A DNA stretch of 64,000 bases from an uncultured Jannaschia sp. (GTDB lineage: Bacteria; Pseudomonadota; Alphaproteobacteria; Rhodobacterales; Rhodobacteraceae), in the NCBI GenBank assembly GCA_947494145.1, contig CANLTZ010000018.1, forward strand, positions 28,849-92,848, given 5' to 3'. Both the position numbers and the translations under genes were made by a program. Positions 47,906 to 57,404 of this stretch are shown in pieces (position 1 is the stretch's first letter; each line of letters starts with the position of its first letter). The notes under the pieces were generated by a model. That model searched no databases. It saw only the letters and a list, made by a program, of their open reading frames with translations, and had not been told where the DNA came from.

Positions 47906-48549
47906 TCTGACGACCCGCCAACGGAGCAGGGTGACGGGTCCCTAGGGCAAACCATCTATCAAAGCCCGGCAGTGATCGGCGGTCGAACCCTATCCGCCGC
48001 GACGCGGTCCGGAGCGAAATCGCTCGTGCGGGAGCGATCAAGCCCGGATCGACCAGCTTGAGGCTATCTCGCTATGTCTTTGATCGATCGCCTGGTGCTA
48101 TCCGTCCCACGACCACTGACGACCAAGCCAAGTGCAGGCGCGTTTTCGCATCGCCACAGGCCGGGTGAGATCTTGTTCCCGCCGTTCTGCACGCTGGAGC
48201 CTGTCTTTCTCCGATCGACGTTGTCGGTGGATTGCCCGGTCCGAAGGTGGCGGTCATTTCTCATCCCATGCCCTCGTCACCCGCGTCCGTCACGGCCTCT
48301 CAATGGGCTGATCTGACCGGGATCGGCTGACGCCTCGACCGCCTCAGCCGCAACACCGGGTTCGGACTTTCTTCCCCTGGGCTTCGCCCATTCCTCGCGG
48401 GAAGACCCTGACGGGTCCAAGAAAGTCCGCCCCCGGCGTCCTCCGCGTGCGCTGCGGGCCAAGGGCTGCGTCGGCGGATCGTCCCGGTCCTGACGATCGC
48501 CATCGAGACCGCGACGGGCGCGGGATCGAAAGCCAATAGGAGAAATGAC

Positions 48550-48885
48550 ATGGCCACCATCGGAACCTTCAAGAAGACCGGCAACGAATACGTCGGAGAA
48601 ATCGTCACCCTCAATGTGCAGGCGCAGAACGTCCGCATCGTCCCCGAAGACAGCACCTCCGGCGAGAACGCTCCCTCCCACCGGGTCTTCGTCGGCCGCG
48701 CCGAGATCGGCGCCGCCTGGTCCAAGACCTCGAACGAAAACCGCGACTATCTGAGCCTCAAGCTGGACGATCCGAGTTTCACCCAGCCGATCTACGCCAA
48801 CCTCTTCGATGACACGGTCGTCGAAGGCGGCGAGGAGACCTTCAGCCTCATCTGGTCCCGGGCACGCCGCAAGAACGGCGAGTGA
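48550..48885 (+). CDS. DUF736-family protein
   Basis: MATIGTF, APSHRV, EIGAAW, YLSLKLDDPSF..PIYANL, LIWSR. Confidence 0.85.
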   Translation: MATIGTFKKTGNEYVGEIVTLNVQAQNVRIVPEDSTSGENAPSHRVFVGRAEIGAAWSKTSNENRDYLSLKLDDPSFTQPIYANLFDDTVVEGGEETFSLIWSRARRKNGE

Positions 48886-48897
48886 GCGCTGCACATC

Positions 48898-48925
48898 AGC
48901 CCCGCCCGGGAGACCGGGCGGGGCT
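48898..48925 (+). terminator. Hairpin after DUF736
   Basis: AGCCCCGCCCGG-GAGA-CCGGGCGGGGCT, 12-bp stem with GNRA loop. Confidence 0.6.
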
Positions 48926-49163
48926 CTTGCCTCTCTGGAGCATCCGTCTCCGCAAATGTGCTTTGCTGCGAACGCTAAGATGGTTACCGATTGGCAGCTT
49001 CGAGCCCAAACTGTCGAATGCTGCGCCATGTATCAATGGCGCCACCTTGGTCCTATGCGATGTTTGGTCTCTGGAATATTGGCGCTTGATCTAAACCTCA
49101 CTTGAGCTTGTAGGCTTCACAATACAGGCGCATCGCCAATCAAAAACCAGAAAGCAGGAACAC

Positions 49164-49541
49164 ATGAATTTCACAATGGCAGGGATAATTCTCTTCACAG
49201 AGAACTACGAAGAGTGTGTGACGTTTTACGGTTCCATGCTTGAACTGGAAACTTTGCATGTGATTGATCGTCCGGGCGAAAGACTGACCACCTTCCTATT
49301 GGGCGGCACCTACCTGATGGTCGAGTCAGGCGGTATCGCCTCTGACAGCATAAAAGCCATGGAGCAAAATCCGACCAAACTCCGCTTCAACGTTCCGAAT
49401 GTTCGTGAAACCAGCGCCACGCTCAAGAGCAAGGGCATCAATGTTCAGGTCTTCGAGCACACGTGGGGAGTAACTGCCGAGTTTGCCGACCCTGACGGTA
49501 ACCTGTGTGCCTTAAGGTCAGATGCAGGCTTCGGCGACTGA
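49164..49541 (+). CDS. VOC/glyoxalase-family protein
   Basis: YEECVTFY, LRFNV, WG..AEFADPDGNL; visibly lower GC than the backbone. Confidence 0.75.
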   Translation: MNFTMAGIILFTENYEECVTFYGSMLELETLHVIDRPGERLTTFLLGGTYLMVESGGIASDSIKAMEQNPTKLRFNVPNVRETSATLKSKGINVQVFEHTWGVTAEFADPDGNLCALRSDAGFGD

Positions 49542-49660
49542 AGAACTGAAAACTAGGTATACGGTTTCGGGCGTCGCTGCCGAAAGCCGTCATTGGCGCA
49601 ACCGCAGGACATGGCAGCTTCGTCCGCTTCCCGACATATGCGTAGGCCGCTGTCTACAGA

Positions 49661-49885
49661 TTACGTCCTGTCTGACACGTCTTCTTTCAACAAGAGATCG
49701 GGCTCCACCTCCAACGCCAGCGCCGCATGCCACAGCGTGATGATGGTGACGTTCTGCTGACCCCGCTCCATCGAACTGACATGGGCGCGATCCACGCCCA
49801 TCTTCACGGCCAGCGCAGCCTGACTCATGCCTGCTAAGCTTCTGTAGTGCTTGAGATTGTCCCCGAAGACCTGCCGAATATCCAT
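49661..49885 (-). CDS. XRE/C-protein-like HTH regulator (QseC-like)
   Basis: VFGDNLKHYR...SQAALA...DRAHVSSMERGQQN; divergent from the QseM-like gene. Confidence 0.8.
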   Translation of the reverse strand: MDIRQVFGDNLKHYRSLAGMSQAALAVKMGVDRAHVSSMERGQQNVTIITLWHAALALEVEPDLLLKEDVSDRT

Positions 49886-49906
49886 TCTGCAGACAAAGGG
49901 CTATCG

Positions 49907-49934
49907 CGTATTTTAGTGCGACGTATTATAATGC
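49907..49934. promoter_or_regulatory. Tandem operator pair with 15-bp period (C-protein/QseC-like)
   Basis: CGTATTTTAGTGC (49907-49919) and CGTATTATAATGC (49922-49934), 11/13 identical. Confidence 0.5.
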
Positions 49935-50052
49935 TCGTGCGAACTGCACCGTGTGTCCGACCCAGGCCGAAAGCCGACAGAGCAGTTGCGCCAGTCGCAC
50001 CGGATAAGGCATTAACTGTCGCGGGGTCACGAAGCGGAAGGGGGAACGCAAA

Positions 50053-50316
50053 TTGACAGAAGAGCCGCAACACGAAGCCGCCGATACGCCCCCCGGGACC
50101 GACACCATCACCGAGTATGATCGTCAGCATCTGAGGCTCTATGCGCGCCTGCTCGACGCAGATGCGGAAGGCGCAACGCTCTCCGAGATCGTCAAGATTC
50201 TATTCGGGATAGACGCCGACCATGAACCCGAACGCGCCCAGCGGCTGCATTCGGAGCACCTCGAACGGGCGCGCTGGATGGCTGACAACGGCTACCGAGA
50301 TCTTCTCGCTCGTTAA
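50053..50316 (+). CDS. Stand-alone DUF2285 protein (QseM-like antiactivator)
   Basis: TEYDRQHLRLYARLLDADAEGA...HLERARWM..NGYRDLL, 87 aa. Confidence 0.72.
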   Translation: MTEEPQHEAADTPPGTDTITEYDRQHLRLYARLLDADAEGATLSEIVKILFGIDADHEPERAQRLHSEHLERARWMADNGYRDLLAR

Positions 50317-50462
50317 AGGCGACACCGAAAGCCTGCAAAGGACGCGATGCCGAACGCGCATCGCTCTATGCCCCTGAACCCACTACGAATTCCCGGAATA
50401 GTTGCAGATACTTATCGGTCTCGGCAGCCGTGATGCGCCGGATATTCGTTGGAGGTGCAGTC

Positions 50463-51195
50463 ATGTCTCGCAACTGGCGCAACGAAGCCAACTACGATTA
50501 TATCAAGGCCCTCGACGCGGCGGGCCTCGCCTGGGAATGCTTGCGACGCAACGCGCGCTACCGCGCCGCGTTTCCGACCCTGTCCGAGCGCGACGCCATG
50601 GCATGGGGGTTACGATTTCCCGGTCGATCCCGACCTTGATGCGACCGAGGCGGAGGTCTTCTGGACGCCCGCCGCAGCACCCGCCATCGCCCATGTCATC
50701 GCCGAAGCGCCCGCTGAAGCAGTGACGGACCAAACGCTGCGACTGCGCGCCTTCGCGCTCGCCACGCGCGCCACACGGGAAGGCTGGCTCCAGCTGGTTG
50801 GCGACACAGTCGCACTCCCAGGTGTACAGGACGACGCAGATCCTGCCCTCTGCATCCTGATCCCGGTCGATCCGGATTGGCCGATCCGTCTGCAGGCGGC
50901 GCAGCGTCTCCACGATCGGCTGACAGGCAAGCGACCGCGACGGTGGTTTACAGCTCAGCGGCGCCTGCGGATTGCAAACGCGCTGCGCACCGACGACGCG
51001 CGTCAAACTGGCGCCGTGCTGCGAGACATAGCGGCCGTGTATTTCGGAGCGGAGCGCGTCGCAGCCGAACTCTGGAAGACGAGCGCCCTGAAAGCGCAGA
51101 CGGTGCGACTCGCCAGTTACGGCCGACGCCTTACGAGAACCGGTTATCGGCAACTCCTGCGCGGTCGCACGGCGAGCCGGCGACGCACTCACTGA
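50463..51195 (+). CDS. FseA-like activator (DUF6499 + DUF2285) joined by a predicted +1 programmed frameshift, about 243 aa
   Basis: ORF1 50463-50639 LAWECLRRNARYR; TGG GGG TTA CGA TTT CCC at 50604-50621; +1 frame continues FPVDPD...GAVLRDIA..YF...GYRQLL to 51195. Confidence 0.75.
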
Positions 51196-51233
51196 CATCA
51201 CCGCAGCATTTCGATGGCTATTCCTGCGCCGTT

Positions 51234-51281
51234 CCCAGGGGGTGACGATTTTCGCCTGGAATCTTCGTCATCCCTCCTGGG
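51234..51281. promoter_or_regulatory. Inverted repeat upstream of rdfS, candidate FseA-binding box
   Basis: TGACGA (51243-51248) N16 TCGTCA (51265-51270), extended by CCCAGG...CCTGGG. Confidence 0.5.
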
Positions 51282-51358
51282 CGCTCTTCTCCGCTTCTCT
51301 GGCCATCAGCCGTCCCTCGCATCCCGCGAGGAACCCGCGATGACCAAAGGAGCCCCCA

Positions 51359-51643
51359 ATGCCCGATCCCAATGCCGGCCTGCCGCCGCGTTATCTCAGA
51401 ACCCCTGAAGCCGCCCGTTTTCTCGGCCTGTCAGGCCGAACGCTGGAAAAACACCGCACCTACGGAACAGGCCCGCGTTACTCCAAGATCGGCGGCCGAG
51501 TCGTTTACGCGGTCGATGATCTGCAGGCCTGGGTCAGTCGGGGAGAGAAACATTCGACCTCCGACAATACCGGCGACACCGTGCTTCCCGCCAAACGCCA
51601 TGCGGCCATCTCACCGGCCTATAGCGGCGAGAAGCGCTCATGA
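51359..51643 (+). CDS. AlpA/RdfS-like excisionase (recombination directionality factor)
   Basis: RYLRTPEAARFLGLSGRTLEKHRTYGTGP.Y.KIGGRVVY. Confidence 0.85.
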   Translation: MPDPNAGLPPRYLRTPEAARFLGLSGRTLEKHRTYGTGPRYSKIGGRVVYAVDDLQAWVSRGEKHSTSDNTGDTVLPAKRHAAISPAYSGEKRS

Positions 51644-52104
51644 GCGGGCGCACTCTCATCGAACTGACGTGGATCGAAGGCCGCATCGAACGCTGGTTGC
51701 GTTTCGGTCTGATCGTTCAAGAGACGATCAAGAGCCGATCAGTGCGCGTCGTCGGTCTTGATCCCGGCAGCATCTTCGCCTTCGTTCGCTGGGCGGCCAA
51801 CGACTACGGCACCGTCGAAAGCCGGATCGATATTCTGCAGGCCGCTGGCCCTGGTGAACGCTATTCGACCGTTCCTCTTGTGACACCCGGCGCTGTCAGT
51901 CTTCTGCGTCTCACGGGCTGGCCGAAGGTCGAAGCCGTGCTGCTCGCCATCGACCAGATCGAGGCCGAACATATCGCGCCGGAAGACGTCTGCCCGGACC
52001 ATTGGCGGCACGTCCACAACCGCTTGACCTGCAATCTCGAGCCCCGTTCATACACACGCTTTCGCCATGATGCGTGGCTCAGACGCCGGGCGCTGGCGGC
52101 ATGA
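51640..52104 (+). CDS. DUF2840-family protein
   Basis: ERWLRFG, FVRWAANDYGT, WPKVEAVL..ID, PDHWRHVHNRL. Confidence 0.8.
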   Translation: MSGRTLIELTWIEGRIERWLRFGLIVQETIKSRSVRVVGLDPGSIFAFVRWAANDYGTVESRIDILQAAGPGERYSTVPLVTPGAVSLLRLTGWPKVEAVLLAIDQIEAEHIAPEDVCPDHWRHVHNRLTCNLEPRSYTRFRHDAWLRRRALAA

Positions 52105-52613
52105 CCCCCGCGCGCCCATCGCTCTTCATCGGCAGCGCCGGTATCGCGTTGATCGCACTTTCGGCGATCATCCGCGCCAACCCGATCCTCGTGTGGAACG
52201 CGTCGGCCAGCGTGCCTATCGGCTTCTATGCCGTGCAGCCGCTCGACACGCCGAATGTCCGCGATCTCGTCGTGCTCGAACCGCCCTCAGCGCTCGGTGA
52301 CTGGCTTCTAGAGCGCGGCTACATCGGCGCCGATGTCCCGCTCATCAAGCATGTCGCGGCGCTGTCCGGACAATGCGTGTGCCGTATCGGCGTGACGATC
52401 AGCATCGATGGCAAGCCCGTCGCAACCGCAAAGGAGATGGACCGGTTCGACCGCCCGCTACCGGTCTGGCAGGGCTGTCATTTGCTCACCGACGATCAGA
52501 TCTTCTTCCTCAATCCCCACACCGAGGCGAGCCTCGACGGACGTTATTTCGGCCCGCTGCCGCGCGACACGATTATCGGGCGCGCCGTCCCAGTCTGGAC
52601 GCGGGAGGGCTGA
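52101..52613 (+). CDS. traF: TraF-like S26 peptidase (pilin-processing)
   Basis: WNASASVPIGFY, PLIKHVAA, SLDGRYFGPL. Confidence 0.85.
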   Translation: MTPARPSLFIGSAGIALIALSAIIRANPILVWNASASVPIGFYAVQPLDTPNVRDLVVLEPPSALGDWLLERGYIGADVPLIKHVAALSGQCVCRIGVTISIDGKPVATAKEMDRFDRPLPVWQGCHLLTDDQIFFLNPHTEASLDGRYFGPLPRDTIIGRAVPVWTREG

Positions 52614-52617
52614 CCGC

Positions 52618-53367
52618 ATGCCAATCCTCCTTCCTTCCAGCTGTCGTCTTGTCGCCGCTTCCGCGATCCTGATCGCGCTTTCCGGCTGCGCCAATCCGCC
52701 CGCTGCTGACGCACATGATACGGTCCCGCGCTCCGCGGAGACCACCGCGCCGACCTTCGAAATCGACGCGCATATCGCAGAAGCTGCCCAGCGCTTCCGC
52801 ATCCCCGAGCGCTGGATACGCGCCGTTATGCGGGCCGAAAGTGCGGGCAATCCGCGCGCTGTCAGCAGCGCCGGTGCGATGGGTCTCATGCAGATCATGC
52901 CCGGCACTTGGGCCGAACTACGAGCCGTGCATGGGTTCGGCAACGACCCGTTCGAGCGCCGCGAGAACATCCTCGCGGGGACAGCTTATCTGCGCCAGAT
53001 GTACGACCAGTTCGGCGCGCCGGGGTTCTTGGCTGCCTACAATGCCGGGCCTGGACGGTATGCCGAGCACTTGCGCACCGGGCGCACTCTGCCACGCGAG
53101 ACGCGCCGCTACGTCGCCGCGCTTTCGCAAGAGCTTGGCTTTTCGGATGCACCGAACGCGCAGCCGATCCGCACGGTTTCCGCAGACCGATGGCAAGCTG
53201 CCCCGCTCTTTGCGCCAGTTTCGGCCTCGCGAGAAGCGCGGCAGAGTGCAGAGCCTGACCGCAGATCTGCCGATCCGCAGACCGCAGAAAACCCGATGCA
53301 GCCGAATTCTCAGAACAGCCAACCAAACCCGGTTTTCGTCTCCAGAACCGGGGAGTCGGACCGATGA
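52618..53367 (+). CDS. Lytic transglycosylase (SLT) with lipobox
   Basis: LSGC lipobox; AVMRAES, GAMGLMQIMP, AAYNAGPG. Confidence 0.85.
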   Translation: MPILLPSSCRLVAASAILIALSGCANPPAADAHDTVPRSAETTAPTFEIDAHIAEAAQRFRIPERWIRAVMRAESAGNPRAVSSAGAMGLMQIMPGTWAELRAVHGFGNDPFERRENILAGTAYLRQMYDQFGAPGFLAAYNAGPGRYAEHLRTGRTLPRETRRYVAALSQELGFSDAPNAQPIRTVSADRWQAAPLFAPVSASREARQSAEPDRRSADPQTAENPMQPNSQNSQPNPVFVSRTGESDR

Positions 53368-53399
53368 TCGTAGCGACCTGGCTCCGCCCCGTTCCGTCG

Positions 53400-53600
53400 T
53401 GCTGCTTCGTGTGGAATGCGGCAGACGGAAGATTGCAGCCGATATCAACGACGGGAGGGCGAGATAAAAGGCCGCGCGCAGATCACTGCTACGGCGTTGT
53501 TGTTGCTGGGGTTTTTCAGTGCCGTGCAAAGCCGCATAGTGCCGCGCCTGCACCTACTGCACTGTTAGAAAACACTTTTCACCGTGCCACGCAAGTTTGC
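53400..53600. other. Candidate oriT region
   Basis: Non-coding, less GC-rich interval between the SLT gene and the relaxase; positional inference only, no nic site identified. Confidence 0.25.
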
Positions 53601-53614
53601 CCATGGGTTTCGGC

Positions 53615-55372
53615 ATGAGGGGGCGCGACGACAACCTCCAAGTTCGCCCTGGGAAGATCAGGGACCGAGGCACACGCAGCCGCAAGCCCCAGAGCTTCGT
53701 AGGCGAGGTCATGCAAGCCGCACGGAAGGCAGGCTTCACGGGACGAAAGTTCCCAGGACGAGGCAGCAGCCACCGTCGATCTTCGTTCGGGCGCGGCAAG
53801 TTCGTGCGCACGGCCCGCAGCCTCTCCACCGCCCGCCGTCGCGTCGTCATCAAAGCGCGTATCGTTCGCCATCGCGGGCAAAGGTTTCGTTCTGCGCCAC
53901 TCGCCAAGCATCTCGACTATCTGAAGCGCGATGGCGTTACGCTGGACGGTCGTGATGCGGCCATGTTCGACAAGGAGCACGACGGGGTCGACGACCGCGC
54001 CTTCGCCGAACACTGCGAGGAGGACCGCCACCATTTCCGCTTCATCGTCTCGCCCGAAGACGCAAGCCAGATGGAAGATTTGCGCGCCTTCACTCGCGAT
54101 CTCATGGCCCAAGCCGAGCGCGATCTCGGGACGGAGTTGAGCTGGGTCGCCGTCGATCACTGGAACACCGACAACCCGCACATCCATGTGCTGGTCCGCG
54201 GCAAGGCGGACAATGGCAAAGACCTCGTCATCTCTCGCGACTATATCTCCAACGGCCTGCGCGGGCGCGCCGAGGAGCTGGTCGATCTCGAGCTCGGTCC
54301 GCGCAGCGAGAAAGAAATCGCCGCCAGTCTCGATGCGGAGGTGACAGCCGAGCGCTGGACCAGGCTCGACGGGGCGCTGCGCGACTATTCCGAGGACAGC
54401 CTCGGGCTCGCCGATCTGCGTCCGGGCGCACCAGACATCGGCGACAAGGAACTGCACCGCCGGATGATCGGACGGGCGCAGACGCTCGAACGCTTCGGCC
54501 TCGCCGAGAAGCTCGCCCCCGCTGTCTGGCAGCTCAAGCCCGGCATGGAGAACACGCTGCGCGACCTCGCCATCAGAGGGGACATCATCAAGACCATGCA
54601 CCGGGCGATGGGACGTGACCATGCCCGCGCCCAGGGCGATTTCGCGATCGAGGGCCACCCGGATCGTCCGATCCTCGGCAAGCTCGTCGATCGCGGCCTG
54701 CACAACGAACTGACCGGCGAGGCCTATGCCGTGATCGACGGGGTGGATGGCCGGGTGCATCACCTCCGGTTTCGTGATCTCGAGCTGACCGGCGACACGC
54801 CGATCGGCGGCATCGTCGAGACGCGGAGCTGGACCGGGAAGGATGGCGAGGCGAAACGCCTCGCCCTGGTCGGTCGCGCCGATCTGCCCCTCGACAAGCA
54901 GGTCGCCTCAGAAGGCGCGACCTGGATCGACCGGCTCGCCCTCGCGAAGACACGTGCTCCGCTTAGCCATGGCGGGTTCGGCAGAGAGGTGCGTGAAGCG
55001 CTCGAACTGCGCGCCGATCATCTGGTCGAGCAGGGTCTGGCCGCACGGCAAGGCGAGCGCGTCACCTTCAACCGTGATCTCCTGAAGACCCTGCGCGAAA
55101 GGGAATTGAGCGCGACCGGAAACAGGATCGCGAATGAGACGGGAAACCCGTTCCGCAAATCCGGTGACGGCGAGAGTATAGCGGGCACCTACACCAAGCG
55201 CCTCGATCTCGCTTCGGGGCGGTTCGCCATGATCGATGACGGTATGGGCTTCGAGCTCGTCCCCTGGAAGCCGCAGCTCGAAAAGCATCTTGGCCAGACC
55301 GTTGCCGGAACGGTGATGGCGAACGGCGGCATCGACTGGGCGCTCGGTCGCAAGCGGGGCCTGTCCCTATGA
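53615..55372 (+). CDS. VirD2/RlxS-like relaxase (DUF3363)
   Basis: HLDYLKRDG, HHFRFIVSPED, HWNTDNPHIHV 3H motif, GRFAMIDDG. Confidence 0.9.
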   Translation: MRGRDDNLQVRPGKIRDRGTRSRKPQSFVGEVMQAARKAGFTGRKFPGRGSSHRRSSFGRGKFVRTARSLSTARRRVVIKARIVRHRGQRFRSAPLAKHLDYLKRDGVTLDGRDAAMFDKEHDGVDDRAFAEHCEEDRHHFRFIVSPEDASQMEDLRAFTRDLMAQAERDLGTELSWVAVDHWNTDNPHIHVLVRGKADNGKDLVISRDYISNGLRGRAEELVDLELGPRSEKEIAASLDAEVTAERWTRLDGALRDYSEDSLGLADLRPGAPDIGDKELHRRMIGRAQTLERFGLAEKLAPAVWQLKPGMENTLRDLAIRGDIIKTMHRAMGRDHARAQGDFAIEGHPDRPILGKLVDRGLHNELTGEAYAVIDGVDGRVHHLRFRDLELTGDTPIGGIVETRSWTGKDGEAKRLALVGRADLPLDKQVASEGATWIDRLALAKTRAPLSHGGFGREVREALELRADHLVEQGLAARQGERVTFNRDLLKTLRERELSATGNRIANETGNPFRKSGDGESIAGTYTKRLDLASGRFAMIDDGMGFELVPWKPQLEKHLGQTVAGTVMANGGIDWALGRKRGLSL

Positions 55373-55388
55373 GACCGGAGATGCAGCC

Positions 55389-57380
55389 ATGACCAAGCGA
55401 CAAACGACACCCGCCACCGCGATCCTCTGGGGTCAGATTGTCATCGTTTCGATCGTCGCCCTCGCGTTCGTCTGGACCGCGACCCAATGGGTGGCCTTCC
55501 GGCTCGGCTTCCAATCCGAACTCGGCGAACCAATGGCCTCATTCCTGGGTCTGCCGATCTACGCGCCCTGGAACGTCTTCGTCTGGTGGTACTGGTACGA
55601 CGCCTACGCGCCGCGAGTCTTCATGGAAGGGGCGATCATCGCCGGTGCGGGCGGTATCGCCGCAGTTGCCGTTGCCATTTTCCTCTCAGTCCTGCGCGCC
55701 CGCGAGGCGAGCGACGTCACGACCTATGGCTCCGCCCGCTGGGGCACTGAGACCGAGATACGTGAAGCGGGCCTGCTGGTCGAGGATGGCGTCGTGCTCG
55801 GCCGCTACCAATCCCGCTATCTCCGTCATGACGGCCCGGAACATGTGCTCTGTTTCGCGCCGACGCGATCCGGCAAGGGTGTCGGACTCGTCGTGCCGTC
55901 TCTACTGACCTGGCCCGGGTCGGCGATCGTCCACGACATCAAGGGCGAGAACTGGCAGCTTACGGCCAACTATCGTTCCCGCTTCAGCCGGGTGCTGCTC
56001 TTCGATCCAACCGATCCGACCTCGGCGGCCTACAATCCGCTGCTCGAAGTGCGGCGCGGCGACAGTGAAGTGCGCGACGTCCAGAACGTCGCCGATATCC
56101 TGGTCGATCCCGAAGGTTTGCTCGAACGGCGGAACCATTGGGAAAAGACGAGCCACTCGCTCCTGGTCGGTGCAATCCTGCATGTGCTCTACGCCGAGGC
56201 AGACAAGACCTTGGCGGGGGTCGCGGCGTTCCTCTCCGATCCGAAGCGGTCGATCGAGAAAACCCTCGCCGCGATGATGCGCACGCCGCATCTTGGGGAT
56301 CGACCGCATCCGGTCGTGGCGCAGGCGGCCCGCGAACTTCTGAACAAATCTGAGAACGAGCGGTCGGGCGTGCTCTCGACCGCGATGAGTTTTCTTGGGC
56401 TCTATCGAGATCCGGTGGTCGCCAAGGTCACATCGCGCTGCGACTGGCGCATCGACGATCTGGTCACCGATGATCGTCCGGTGACGCTCTATCTCGTGGT
56501 CCCGCCATCCGACATCTCGCGCACGAAGCCGCTCATCCGTTTGGTGCTCAACCAGATCGGCCGTCGATTGACCGAAGATCTGCATGCAAACCGAAAGCAT
56601 CGTGTGCTCCTCATGCTCGACGAGTTCCCGGCGCTCGGTCGTCTCGATTTCTTCGAAAGCCAGCTCGCTTTCATGGCGGGCTACGGCATCAAGGCGTTTC
56701 TCATCGCCCAGTCGCTGAACCAGATCGAGAAGGCTTACGGGCAGAACAATGCCATCCTCGACAATTGCCATGTCCGCGTCGCCTTCGCGACCAATGACGA
56801 GCGCACGGCCAAGCGGGTCTCCGATGCGCTCGGGACCGCGACCGAGATGCGCGCGATGAAGAACTATGCCGGGCATCGGCTATCCCCCTGGCTTGGGCAT
56901 CTGATGGTCTCGCGCCAAGAGACGGCGCGGCCGCTGCTCACCCCAGGTGAAATGATGCAGCTGCCACCGACCGACGAGGTAGTGCTGGTCTCTGGTTCGC
57001 CGCCAGTGCGGGCGGAGAAGGCGCGCTATTACGCCGATCCGCAGTTCAAGGCCCGGATCGGTCCGCCGCCTGATCAAAGCACCCCTGAGAAAGTCGCAAG
57101 CGTCGCGAAAGACGATTGGAGCGGCAGCGCGCCGATAGCCGCGCCGCCGCTCCAAAAACGAAAACCCGGAGAAGACAACGCAGATGGCGGCATCCGCCGT
57201 GAACCCGATCTGCCGGAACATGAGGACATCGCGCCCGATCCGGCGCCCGCGCGTAGCGAGTTCGCCGATCTCGACGACGACCCGGATGACGATGCGCAGC
57301 GAGCGAAAGCCATGCGCGACCGGTTCGGGACCGTCGCGCGGCAAGCCTCGCTCGATCCCGATGACGGGATCGAGCTGTGA
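55389..57380 (+). CDS. traG: Type IV coupling protein TraG/VirD4
   Basis: FAPTRSGKGVG, HDIKGENW, MLDEFPALG, LIAQSLNQ. Confidence 0.93.
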   Translation: MTKRQTTPATAILWGQIVIVSIVALAFVWTATQWVAFRLGFQSELGEPMASFLGLPIYAPWNVFVWWYWYDAYAPRVFMEGAIIAGAGGIAAVAVAIFLSVLRAREASDVTTYGSARWGTETEIREAGLLVEDGVVLGRYQSRYLRHDGPEHVLCFAPTRSGKGVGLVVPSLLTWPGSAIVHDIKGENWQLTANYRSRFSRVLLFDPTDPTSAAYNPLLEVRRGDSEVRDVQNVADILVDPEGLLERRNHWEKTSHSLLVGAILHVLYAEADKTLAGVAAFLSDPKRSIEKTLAAMMRTPHLGDRPHPVVAQAARELLNKSENERSGVLSTAMSFLGLYRDPVVAKVTSRCDWRIDDLVTDDRPVTLYLVVPPSDISRTKPLIRLVLNQIGRRLTEDLHANRKHRVLLMLDEFPALGRLDFFESQLAFMAGYGIKAFLIAQSLNQIEKAYGQNNAILDNCHVRVAFATNDERTAKRVSDALGTATEMRAMKNYAGHRLSPWLGHLMVSRQETARPLLTPGEMMQLPPTDEVVLVSGSPPVRAEKARYYADPQFKARIGPPPDQSTPEKVASVAKDDWSGSAPIAAPPLQKRKPGEDNADGGIRREPDLPEHEDIAPDPAPARSEFADLDDDPDDDAQRAKAMRDRFGTVARQASLDPDDGIEL

Positions 57381-57404
57381 GGCGCCCGGGATGAGGAAGG
57401 CTAG

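Noticed and set aside
48064-48316. Small overlapping ORFs on both strands between AraC and the DUF736 leader
   Set aside because: No clear RBS or domain; cannot choose a strand without homology data
53400-53600. Exact oriT nick site
   Set aside because: No IncP-like nic consensus could be identified by eye; only a low-confidence regional call is kept
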